Below are positions 29,224 through 38,228 of a stretch of DNA of 64,000 nucleotides, piece by piece. The notes beneath the pieces are model-generated. The model did no database searches and was not told the DNA's origin. It saw nothing but the letters and a program-made list of their open reading frames with translations. This DNA comes from Candidatus Latescibacterota bacterium (GTDB lineage Bacteria; Latescibacterota; UBA2968; GCA-2709665): contig CAXXJS010000040.1 of the NCBI GenBank assembly GCA_963662665.2, forward strand, positions 32,001 through 96,000, read 5' to 3'. Each line of letters starts with the position of its first letter. The first letter of the stretch is position 1. Made by a program: the position numbers and the translations under genes.

Positions 29224-29340
29224 AAATCGGGCGCGTGAACTCCTTCGTGAAGCAGGAGAAAAACGCGCTCTGCCTCCTTTCCGAGTCATCAGAATCGCAC
29301 GGATTTCCCCGTGCCTCAGCGGTGTCTCTTCACGTTCTTC

Positions 29341-29368
29341 AAGTTAATATCCGGTCACCCTCTGTCAA
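29341..29368 (-). promoter_or_regulatory. sigma70-type promoter for the DegT gene
   Basis: Minus strand TTGACA-N16-TAACTT. Confidence 0.5.
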
Positions 29369-29420
29369 GCGCAAAGACGCCTGACGACCGCATCGGAACA
29401 GGGCATACCGTCCCATCAAG

Positions 29421-31400
29421 TCAATACCACTTGTGGACGACGTGTCCCCGGTTCGGAAACCAGATCGCGTCCACCAGCATCCCCGCCGTCACGGCGAGGA
29501 TGTATCCCACGAGCATCCCCAGGAAGAAAGGCATCGACCGCCGGTAGAACGCCACCCCGCCTGTCTTCAGCATGATCAGCTTCGCCAGCCACGCCACAAG
29601 CAGTGTGGACCCCATGCGTCGCGCTGCCGGGATTCCGGAAAGCGCAAAGCCGATCGGGTGAACCGGCCACCTGGCGAACCGGTAGCGCATCATATTCACA
29701 ACGACCATAGTCCCGGCGCCGATCAGCAGAAACCAGTAATCGATCGCCTCCATGCTCGCCGGGTTCAGTATCTCGTTTACGGTCATTCCGTACTGCCATT
29801 CGCCTTCGTAGATGATCAGCCAGTTGGGCCGGAAATTATACGCGCCTACGTTGTATCCCAACCAGATCGTGTACAGGGTCGAACTGACCACCCCTACGAC
29901 AAATGCCGCGAACACCCCCCAGAAGAGCCGGTGTTTGTCCTTTCCCACAAAATCACCCAGCCTGTTGATCTGCGCAACCATCGGCATGATAAAGCTCCTG
30001 GGGTGGCTGACCGTGAACGACAGCAGGCCGAAGGTTGCGCGCGTGGACGCAGTCAGGGCCCCCGCGCCGCCAAAAAGCGCACCGGAGAGTTCCCAGGCGG
30101 ACGCGGGCGGCTGGATATAGATGATTCCCGAATCGGCCACGACCTTGGCCACGAAGATATAGGCGATGAACATCGTTGGAATCAGCAGGGCGATCATCCC
30201 GGCCTGTACACCCAATTGCCCCAGAAATGCCGAGACGTATACGCAGCTTGCCAGAAGGCCGATCAGCGCTGCCCGGTAGGAGAGTAACTCTCGACCGACG
30301 CCGGGCGAAGACCCGCGCGCCCGAAGCGCGCTCCGGACGACTTCGCGCAGGTGGTGCCGGGAAATCCAGATCCACCAGAGCACCAGCGACACGAACGCTC
30401 CGGCCGCCTGCCACTTGTAGGTCGTGGTGGTATAGGGCCCGGCCCCGTAGTGAGGCGACGTGGCGACGATCCCTATCCGATTCAACGCGCCCGCCTCGAT
30501 CATATACACGAAATCGAAAAACCAGATGCTGAAAAGCACATCGAGGCTGGCGAAATAGGAAAAGCAGATGACGGGCGTACTCAGGAAGATGAAAAAGGGA
30601 GGATATTCTTTGGGAAGGAGATCCCAGATGAAGCGACCGGTTGCCGTGGGAAATGCGGGGACCATCGGGTAGAACCACGCGATCATATTCCACCAGAAGA
30701 CGATGGATGTCAGCGCGAATCCAGCCCAGAACACCTTGCCCTTCATGAACTCCGGCAGCCACCGCCTTCCGGTCCCCGCCCGCGACGTTATTTCCAGAAC
30801 TGGAGCCAGCGCCGGATATACCAGTTTTTCATGGTCCGCCCACTGGCGGTGCAGAAGGACCGAAATACAGATACACGCGAAGCCCAGTACGAAAACAAGG
30901 GAGAGCCACCAGATCAGCGGAAGACCCCAGACGTCCCACGGAACGGACGTCCTGCCCGGCAATCCTTCATAGAACCAGGACATTGCACGGCTATCGTTCG
31001 TGGGGACCAGCCACCCGGGCAGGTGCGGATGAAGATACTCCGCCCAGCGGTTCTCCGGCGTTGCGAAATAATGCGGGGACGCCATCATACCCACCAGGTA
31101 CCCGCTGACCCCGTAGTTGGGCCCGATGGCGCTGATGACCCCCATGCAGAAGACCGTGATCCATTCCGATGGCGACAGGACGAACGCGGTCCCGAACCTC
31201 CGGGCGAGTACGGCGCAGGCCAGAATCGATACCAGGCACAGCAGCAGGACGCCCATGGGAATCTGGGCGACCATCATGTACGACCCTTTCTGAATGTAAC
31301 GGGCCGTACACGCCAGCAGGCTCATAGCCACCGCGATACACATGCCGATCACGATCGACCGGAGCGTCACACGCGCTTCACGCTGTTTCTCGCCTCTCAC
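29421..31400 (-). CDS. DUF6785/DUF6784-like polytopic membrane protein (putative OPT-related transporter), copy A
   Basis: YFATPENRW, QWADHEKLVYP and WPVHPIGF motifs, many TM helices. Confidence 0.78.
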   Translation of the reverse strand: MRGEKQREARVTLRSIVIGMCIAVAMSLLACTARYIQKGSYMMVAQIPMGVLLLCLVSILACAVLARRFGTAFVLSPSEWITVFCMGVISAIGPNYGVSGYLVGMMASPHYFATPENRWAEYLHPHLPGWLVPTNDSRAMSWFYEGLPGRTSVPWDVWGLPLIWWLSLVFVLGFACICISVLLHRQWADHEKLVYPALAPVLEITSRAGTGRRWLPEFMKGKVFWAGFALTSIVFWWNMIAWFYPMVPAFPTATGRFIWDLLPKEYPPFFIFLSTPVICFSYFASLDVLFSIWFFDFVYMIEAGALNRIGIVATSPHYGAGPYTTTTYKWQAAGAFVSLVLWWIWISRHHLREVVRSALRARGSSPGVGRELLSYRAALIGLLASCVYVSAFLGQLGVQAGMIALLIPTMFIAYIFVAKVVADSGIIYIQPPASAWELSGALFGGAGALTASTRATFGLLSFTVSHPRSFIMPMVAQINRLGDFVGKDKHRLFWGVFAAFVVGVVSSTLYTIWLGYNVGAYNFRPNWLIIYEGEWQYGMTVNEILNPASMEAIDYWFLLIGAGTMVVVNMMRYRFARWPVHPIGFALSGIPAARRMGSTLLVAWLAKLIMLKTGGVAFYRRSMPFFLGMLVGYILAVTAGMLVDAIWFPNRGHVVHKWY

Positions 31401-31442
31401 GATGCGTTACTCATGGCCTTCCTTTGCGGCCGCCACGTCTCG

Positions 31443-32777
31443 TCAATCGACGGTTCCGGGCGCGAGCGGATTGAGCCACACAACGGCCCTTGAGCCCCAG
31501 TCGGTGGACATAATGTCGATGTACCGGTCGCCGTCGAGGTCCGCCAGACGGACGATATTCGGCCAGTTGAGATCTGCGCCGTCGCCAAGACGCGTGGCCT
31601 CCCACAATGTCCCGTCTCCCCTGACGTTCCGAAATACGTAGACCCCGTTTCCCCCATCGGAAGGCGCTACAATATCGAGCGATCCGTCCCGATCCACGTC
31701 ACCGACGTCGAAGGAATAGGCATGGCCCAGGCCGCCCGCGATCTCGTGAAATTTCCAATCCATCCCGGGACCAAGCCGCTCTCGCCATGCCAGATACCCG
31801 TTTCTCAGACTGGTCTCAATGCAATCCAGGTCGCCATCCGCGTCGAGGTCCGCGAATCGCGCGTGTACCTGTGAAACGGGTTTGTCGGAAAAGCGGCCCA
31901 CCCATCGTCGCACCGAATCGGGAGACGCCGCACGGATGGAATCGCGCTTCCATTCGGTTCCCTTGCCATCGGCATTGATCAGCAGGAAAGGCCGGGATGC
32001 GTGTTCGGACGCGCACACCAGATCCACGTCTCCGTCCTTGTCCACGTCACCGGCGTCCACGCCGATCAGAGGGGGCAGGTCCACGCGAATCGGCACTTCC
32101 TCCCAGGGCGTCGATCCGCGGATTTTCTGACGAAACCACCCCACTTTGTCGCCTGACTCCGATATGGAGGTGACCACGATGTCATCGAGATTGTCTCCGT
32201 CGACGTCCGCAACCACGGCCCTGACCGGAAGCTCGAGCAGTTTCGAACGAAGGCTGAGCTTATGCCAGTCTTCGCCGTTGGAAGTCTCGTATATTACGGT
32301 CTCGCCCGACAGATAGCAGGGGACGACAATGGCCGTATTTCCGCCGGCGGTGCGACGTACCACAACGGCGTCTTTCGGCGTAACCTGCCGATCGTCCAGC
32401 GGATGGATACGAAACGCCAGTCCTGAATCGGGTTGGTCGGCCACGTTCTCCAGCCAGTAGACCATGCCGTATTCACGATCCCCACCCGGGTTCCGTTCCC
32501 CTCCCGATTGAAAGGCGACCACGAGGTCCAGGTCGGCATCCCCGTCAAAGTCGGCCGCGTGGATGCCGTAGGAATTGGTCCCGGAAAGGGTTCCGCTTTC
32601 GGCCTCCCGGAGGTCGATAACCCGCCACCTCGCGGCCGCATCGGCGCCCAATCCCCGGACGTTGGGACTGAGTGCCAATATTTCAGGAGGAACCTGGGCT
32701 GCAGCGGGTTTGGCGACGGCGCAAGCAAAGACCGCGACCATTCCCACGAAAAATGCCCGGAAGCCGAAGTACGACAT
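31443..32777 (-). CDS. Secreted FG-GAP/VCBS repeat protein
   Basis: Signal peptide and several D(F/V/L)DxDGDxD repeats. TAATG coupling to the upstream gene. Confidence 0.85.
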   Translation of the reverse strand: MSYFGFRAFFVGMVAVFACAVAKPAAAQVPPEILALSPNVRGLGADAAARWRVIDLREAESGTLSGTNSYGIHAADFDGDADLDLVVAFQSGGERNPGGDREYGMVYWLENVADQPDSGLAFRIHPLDDRQVTPKDAVVVRRTAGGNTAIVVPCYLSGETVIYETSNGEDWHKLSLRSKLLELPVRAVVADVDGDNLDDIVVTSISESGDKVGWFRQKIRGSTPWEEVPIRVDLPPLIGVDAGDVDKDGDVDLVCASEHASRPFLLINADGKGTEWKRDSIRAASPDSVRRWVGRFSDKPVSQVHARFADLDADGDLDCIETSLRNGYLAWRERLGPGMDWKFHEIAGGLGHAYSFDVGDVDRDGSLDIVAPSDGGNGVYVFRNVRGDGTLWEATRLGDGADLNWPNIVRLADLDGDRYIDIMSTDWGSRAVVWLNPLAPGTVD

Positions 32778-33997
32778 TATCGCCTCCCGGGCATCTTCGT
32801 ATTGTGGATGCGCCCGCCGATTCCGCCCAAATCCGCCGGCATCTGTCCGGAAGTCCGATCCACGCCCGGTCGGAAGTCAGGAACCGTCACGACCCTGCTG
32901 CCTTCCTCGATCGAATCTACGGCCAGCACCGCCGGGGCCATCGAATCCATCACTCTGTAAACGTCGAACGCGAGTGCCTTGCCTCCCAGGATCGCGTCCC
33001 GAAAATACATGTGCACATAGTAGTCGGCATCGCCGTGCCCGCTGTCCCGCGCCTCCGGGGGCGCGTCGGTCCGGCGGTACTGCCAGTCGACCTCCATCCA
33101 ATCGTTCATCTGTGTGTCCGCAAGCCACAATTTCGGCTTCTCTTTTCCGGACCGCCGCCATTCCACGCTTCCCTTCGTCCCGATCATCTGCCACCAGTGG
33201 TGGTCTCCGCTCGGCCTGGGCTGGTTGAACCCGTTCAGCATCCGGATCAACGTATCTTTCTCCGTCTTCATCAGCGCCACCTGGATATCGGCGTTGAGCA
33301 TTTCCGGCGTCGTATAGCTCGGTGGCGTGGTGCTCATTGCCGTCACCTCCATCACGCGGTCGTCGAGGATCTTCAGCAGAATACTCAGGTCGTACGAAGC
33401 CGAGATAATGTAGGGCAGATAATGCGGGCTTGCGGGTTCGGCCTCCGGGTGGTCGGAAAGCGCCTCAACCGGATACTGCTTGCCCGTGTTGAAATCCTGA
33501 AACCACTGATGGGTGCCGTAGTAACCCAGATACTGACCCTCGGCGTAAGTGATTTTTCCCAGCATCCCGTCGTCCACCAGTGTCTTCCAACCGTCCACGA
33601 ACCCCCAGAACCGCGTCTGCTCCGCCAGGCTGTAGACCAGCCCTGTACGCTCCACGTTCGTTACGATACGCCAGCACTCCTCCATCGTATAGGCCGCCGG
33701 CACCTCGCTGTTGACGTGCTTGCCTGCCTCCAGCGCCTCGGCGGCCATGGTTCCCTGCTCCAGTTGCCTCACCACCAGCGCCACCGCGTCCATGCCCTCG
33801 TACGCCAGGAAATCATAATAGTTGCCGAATACGCGCACGTCGTCGCGATAGGCAATCTCCGCCAGCGCCCGCTCCTGCAGCGGCTCGATCCAGTCGTAGA
33901 TCGCCGTGATCCGGTAACCGGGGGCGCTCTGAAGCAGCCGGATCCAGTGCAGCCCGCGGTGGCCCAGCCCGGCAACGCCGATTCTGATCTCGTCCAT
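32777..33997 (-). CDS. Gfo/Idh/MocA oxidoreductase, EVP-type (GH109-like), copy A
   Basis: IGVAGLGHRG, GKHVNSEVP, YAEGQY and SGHGDADY motifs. Alternative start at 34009. Confidence 0.88.
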   Translation of the reverse strand: MDEIRIGVAGLGHRGLHWIRLLQSAPGYRITAIYDWIEPLQERALAEIAYRDDVRVFGNYYDFLAYEGMDAVALVVRQLEQGTMAAEALEAGKHVNSEVPAAYTMEECWRIVTNVERTGLVYSLAEQTRFWGFVDGWKTLVDDGMLGKITYAEGQYLGYYGTHQWFQDFNTGKQYPVEALSDHPEAEPASPHYLPYIISASYDLSILLKILDDRVMEVTAMSTTPPSYTTPEMLNADIQVALMKTEKDTLIRMLNGFNQPRPSGDHHWWQMIGTKGSVEWRRSGKEKPKLWLADTQMNDWMEVDWQYRRTDAPPEARDSGHGDADYYVHMYFRDAILGGKALAFDVYRVMDSMAPAVLAVDSIEEGSRVVTVPDFRPGVDRTSGQMPADLGGIGGRIHNTKMPGRR

Positions 33998-34062
33998 GGT
34001 CTTCCCCATTCGTGTTGACGTTCACGCTTGCTCAGATTCTTTCATCGGAGATGGAAACCACG

Positions 34063-34980
34063 TTACAATGGAAACCGCTCACAGCCCAGCGCCTGCGCCA
34101 TCGCCCGGATGTGCGACGGACCCGCGCCGCAGCACGCGCCGATGAAGTTGATCCCCTCGGCCTTCGCCTTCAACGCGTATTGGGCCATCTCGCTGCCCGA
34201 TACGATCATCGACTCGCGAATCGCCGAATTGTTGGGGCCGGCATTCCGATAGCCCTGAGGCTGATAGGCGATGGGGATATCCACCGCCTCCCGCATCGCC
34301 AGGACCCCCGGCCACATGGTCATCGAATCGCCGGAGCAGACCAGGCCGACGATATCCGCGCCCTCGTCCGCCAGGACCCTCGCGCATTCCGCCGGCGTGG
34401 CGCCGTCCTGTGTCCGGCTGCTCGAGCCCATCAGCACCATCGCGGGCACGTCGATTTTCTTGCACCGCGACAGACACAGCCGGGCTTCGTCCAGCCGCGC
34501 GAACGTTTCCGGCACGAGAAGCCCGGCGCCCGCGTCCACCATCCAGGAGATGTGCTCGTCCCACTCCGCGCAGGCCCGCTCGCGGGCCTGCGCATTGTCT
34601 GGCCTGTATATGTACGGCCCCGTCCAGGACCCTGCTGCCGTCTGGTTCAGGCACCCGGCGACCAGGGCTTCACCGCCGGAAGCCTCCAGGGCCAGCCGGA
34701 TTGCCGTACGGGAAATCTCCTCGAGGCGCGCGCCCTCGCGGCTCGGGCGGTCGCCCGGTCTGTAGCGGCGTTCGAGTTGCGACCGGCTCGTCCACCACGT
34801 CTGCGCCTGCAGCACATGGGACCCGGCGCGGAAGAAATCCTGATGGATCTGACGCAGCGCGTCGGGATCTTCCAGGATCATCGCCGGGGTATCGTACCCC
34901 CGCCACCTCGCCTCGATGATCATCCCCCCGTCGCTGAGAACGACGCCCTCATCCAGCATATTCAATATGTCCCTGCCCAT
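34063..34980 (-). CDS. Homocysteine S-methyltransferase (BHMT/HMT) family protein with Zn ligands
   Basis: LSDGGM, HQDFFRAGS, PETF, GLVCS and GACCG (three Cys ligands present). Confidence 0.85.
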   Translation of the reverse strand: MGRDILNMLDEGVVLSDGGMIIEARWRGYDTPAMILEDPDALRQIHQDFFRAGSHVLQAQTWWTSRSQLERRYRPGDRPSREGARLEEISRTAIRLALEASGGEALVAGCLNQTAAGSWTGPYIYRPDNAQARERACAEWDEHISWMVDAGAGLLVPETFARLDEARLCLSRCKKIDVPAMVLMGSSSRTQDGATPAECARVLADEGADIVGLVCSGDSMTMWPGVLAMREAVDIPIAYQPQGYRNAGPNNSAIRESMIVSGSEMAQYALKAKAEGINFIGACCGAGPSHIRAMAQALGCERFPL

Positions 34981-35061
34981 CCTGGCCCTCCTGTACAAGA
35001 ATCGTCCCCAAGTTCCAATACAACGTCCGACGCCGCTTAGCAGCAGTCCCCTCGTTGCTTA

Positions 35062-35988
35062 TTATCGCGGCCGGAGTTCGATGTACTTCCGCTCGCAGTC
35101 CAATGCCTGCGCAATCGAACGGAGGAGTCGCACGACCACCCCGTCCGATCCGCCCAGAAAACGGATATCGTGCGCAATCGCCTTTAGCGCGTACTGACCC
35201 AGCTCCATCCCGTAGACGTGCATGGCTTCCCGCATGTTCTTCCAGTGCGGCCTGTTGGTGCGATACCCGTTCGGCAGAAAGGCGATCGGCACGTCCACCG
35301 CGTCCCGCATTTCCAGCACCACGGGCCACAGGTCTTCCGGCTCCCGCATGCCGCCCCCACCCACGACGTCCGCGCCGTCGCCGGCCAGGACACGCGCGCA
35401 TTCGGCAGGCGCGACACCGTCGGCGGTCACTTCGTCCTCTCGAAGCCCGGGCTTGTTCAACCGCCCCTCCGGCAGTGCGACGTCCATCGATACCACAACC
35501 GGCAACGCGCTGTTCTTGCAGCAAGCCAGCGCCAGGCGCGCCTCGTCAAGCCGGTTGAATGATTCGCAGACGAGCAGATCCACGCCCGCGTCTGCCAGTG
35601 TTCCAACCTGTTCCTCCCACTCTGTCCGGGCGCGATCCGCGGATCCCGGGTCGTCAGCCTGAAAGGCCCCCGTTGGCGCCAGCGTCCCCGCCACGAGCGC
35701 CTCCCCTCCGGCCGCACCCTTCGCCAGCGCCACGGCCCTCCGGTTCAACTCGCCGACCGCGTCCCCTTTTCTCCGTTCGCCAAGCCCGGTTCGCGTACAC
35801 CGGCCCGTTAGGGACCGGATCACGCCGGCGCCTGCCCGGAAGAAATCCTGGTGGACCAGCCGCACCGCATCCGGGAAGTCCTCCAGTACCCACGGCGCCG
35901 GATATCCCCGCAGCCTCAGTTCCTCAACGTTTCCACCGTCTCCCAGCACAAACCCTTCCTCAAGGGCACCAAGAACGGACTCATCCAT
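35062..35988 (-). CDS. Homocysteine S-methyltransferase family paralog lacking Zn-binding cysteines
   Basis: LGDGG, HQDFFRAGA and CESF present, but VGGGG and GGSDG replace the GxNC and GGCCG motifs. Confidence 0.8.
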   Translation of the reverse strand: MDESVLGALEEGFVLGDGGNVEELRLRGYPAPWVLEDFPDAVRLVHQDFFRAGAGVIRSLTGRCTRTGLGERRKGDAVGELNRRAVALAKGAAGGEALVAGTLAPTGAFQADDPGSADRARTEWEEQVGTLADAGVDLLVCESFNRLDEARLALACCKNSALPVVVSMDVALPEGRLNKPGLREDEVTADGVAPAECARVLAGDGADVVGGGGMREPEDLWPVVLEMRDAVDVPIAFLPNGYRTNRPHWKNMREAMHVYGMELGQYALKAIAHDIRFLGGSDGVVVRLLRSIAQALDCERKYIELRPR

Positions 35989-36034
35989 AAAACCGCTCCT
36001 CTCCTTTAACCATCTCATAAAACGCGTCAGAAAA

Positions 36035-36166
36035 CCGGGTAGAGGGTAGACGTTAGACGGTAGAAGAAATCCTTGCTCTGCATCCTACTCTTCCCTGCCT
36101 CCGGCACGAAAAGAAACCTCACAAGGCAGGCAATCTCTCCCCTCTCCCGTCTTACGTCTCACCCGG
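36035..36166. repeat. ~130-bp palindromic element with heptamer-repeat arms, copy 2
   Basis: GGGTAGA GGGTAGA CGTTAGA CGGTAGA ... TGCCTCCGGCA ... GGCAGGCAATCTCTCCCCTCTCCCGTCTTACGTCTCACCC. Confidence 0.7.
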
Positions 36167-36203
36167 TGGTCGGACGGCCGGGGGGAGGGGTGCCGTCGCT
36201 GCA

Positions 36204-38207
36204 TCAATGCCAGCTGTGTACCCTGTGCCCCGCGTGCGGGAACCAGATCGCATCCACAACCGAGCCCGCGATCACCGCCAGGATGTATCCCGTCAGGACC
36301 CCGATAAAGAAGGGCAGCGATCGCCTATAGAATGCCGTGCCGCCAATCCTGAGCATAAGGAATTTTATCAGCCACGCGACCAGGAGGGTGAGACTCTCCA
36401 GTCTGGTGAATATCGTGCCCGAAAGCGCGAACCCCACCGGGTGCAGTCGCCACCGGGGCAGCCGGTATCGCATCAGGTTCAGGGCCGTCATCACAACGAC
36501 GCCCGCGAAGAACAGCCAGTATTCCACGGCCAGGATCGGACGGGGGTTGCGCAGCGCGTCCACCGCCAGGGTGTAGTTCCATTCACCCTCGTGAAGAATC
36601 AACCAATTCGGTTGAAAATTGTACCCACCCATGGTGTAGGCCAGCCACACCGTATGGAGCGTCGAAACAACCGTGCCGACCATAAATGAACCGAAGACCC
36701 CCCAGAAAAGGCGCCGCTTGCCTTCCGGGATAAAATCGCCAAGACGGTTCACCTGCGCGATCACCGGCAGCGCGAAACTCCTGGGGTGGTTAACCGTGAA
36801 CGGCAGGAGGCTGGAGGCGGCGTTTGTGGAAGGACCCAGCCTGTGCGCCCCGCCCAGCGCGAACAGCGCGTAGTCCCAGGCCACCGCCGGCGGATCCACG
36901 TAGACGAGCCCGGAGTCGGCCACCACCTTCGCCACGCCCACGTACGTGATAAACATGGCCGGCGTCAGAACCAGAATCATAGCCGGCTCGATTCCGATCT
37001 GCGCGAGCCATGCCACAATGTACACGCAGCAGACAATCAGCCCGATCACGGCCGCACGATAGGATATCCACTCCCTGCTGTCATCCAGCGCGGACCCGCC
37101 CGGGCGAACCGCCTTCCGGAAGACCTCGCGCAGGTGCCCCCTGGAAATCCAGAGCCACCAGATGACCAGCGCCGCGAAGGCGCCGGCCGTCTGGAACTTG
37201 TAGCTCGTCAGGTTGTACGGGCCGGCGCCGTAGTGCGGGGACGTTGCCACCACGCCCAGTCGATTCAGAAGGCCGGCTTCAATCATATACAGGACGTCGA
37301 AGAACCAGATGCTGAAGAGCACTTCGAGATTGGCGAAATACGAAAAGCAAATGACGAATATGCTCAGATAGACGCAGAACGGGGGATAGTGTTTGGGCAG
37401 GAGATCCCACACGTATTGCATCCGGGTGTTCATCACCTTCGGAAAGGCGGGATAGAACCAGTGCACCATATTCAGCCAGAGAATCCCCGACGTCAGCCCG
37501 AACCCCGCCCAGAACGCCTTTCCTTTCATAAATTCCGGCAGCACCCGCGCCCCGGACCCGCTCCGGTTCGCCATCTCCAGTACCGGCGTCAGTGCCGGGT
37601 ACACCAGCTTTTCGTGGTCCGCCCACTGGCGATGCAGGATCACCGACACGCAGACGCAGGCGAACCCAAGGACGGCGATGAAGCCGAACCACCACAACAA
37701 CGGCCCCCACCAATCGTGCCAGGGAAGGGACATCCCGTTCGGGAGCCCTTCGAAGAACATGGTGATGGAATGCCGTTCGTCCGTTGATATCAGCCAGCCG
37801 GGGAGATGCGGGTGCAGATATTCCGACCACCGGTTCTCGGGCGTGGCGAAGTAGTAGGGAGCCACCAGCTGGCTGACGAGATATCCACTGATTCCGTAGG
37901 TGGGGCCCATGGCGCTTATCAGGGCCATGCCGAAAATTGTGATCCACTCCGCCGGAGCCAACACGAAACGCCGGCCGAACCATCGGGCAAGCGCGGCGCA
38001 GATCAGAATAGCCAGCAGAAAGAGCAGAAGGTCGCCCATCGGGATCAGGCTGATGGCCATGTACGACCCACGCTGGACGTAACGCATCGTATTGGCAAGC
38101 AGATTGACGGCTACGGACAGCCCGAGCCCGAATACGACCGCGCGAGTCGTTACGCCCGGGCTCGCGCGACGCCGGTTCCGCGGTTCTGCCGTGCCGCCGT
38201 TGGCCAT
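36204..38207 (-). CDS. DUF6785/DUF6784-like polytopic membrane protein, copy B
   Basis: Shares YFATPENRWSEYLHPHLPGWL, HRQWADHEKLVYPAL, PEFMKGK and ATSPHYGAGPY with copy A. Confidence 0.78.
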   Translation of the reverse strand: MANGGTAEPRNRRRASPGVTTRAVVFGLGLSVAVNLLANTMRYVQRGSYMAISLIPMGDLLLFLLAILICAALARWFGRRFVLAPAEWITIFGMALISAMGPTYGISGYLVSQLVAPYYFATPENRWSEYLHPHLPGWLISTDERHSITMFFEGLPNGMSLPWHDWWGPLLWWFGFIAVLGFACVCVSVILHRQWADHEKLVYPALTPVLEMANRSGSGARVLPEFMKGKAFWAGFGLTSGILWLNMVHWFYPAFPKVMNTRMQYVWDLLPKHYPPFCVYLSIFVICFSYFANLEVLFSIWFFDVLYMIEAGLLNRLGVVATSPHYGAGPYNLTSYKFQTAGAFAALVIWWLWISRGHLREVFRKAVRPGGSALDDSREWISYRAAVIGLIVCCVYIVAWLAQIGIEPAMILVLTPAMFITYVGVAKVVADSGLVYVDPPAVAWDYALFALGGAHRLGPSTNAASSLLPFTVNHPRSFALPVIAQVNRLGDFIPEGKRRLFWGVFGSFMVGTVVSTLHTVWLAYTMGGYNFQPNWLILHEGEWNYTLAVDALRNPRPILAVEYWLFFAGVVVMTALNLMRYRLPRWRLHPVGFALSGTIFTRLESLTLLVAWLIKFLMLRIGGTAFYRRSLPFFIGVLTGYILAVIAGSVVDAIWFPHAGHRVHSWH

Positions 38208-38228
38208 GAGTCCCCCATGCGGTCACAT

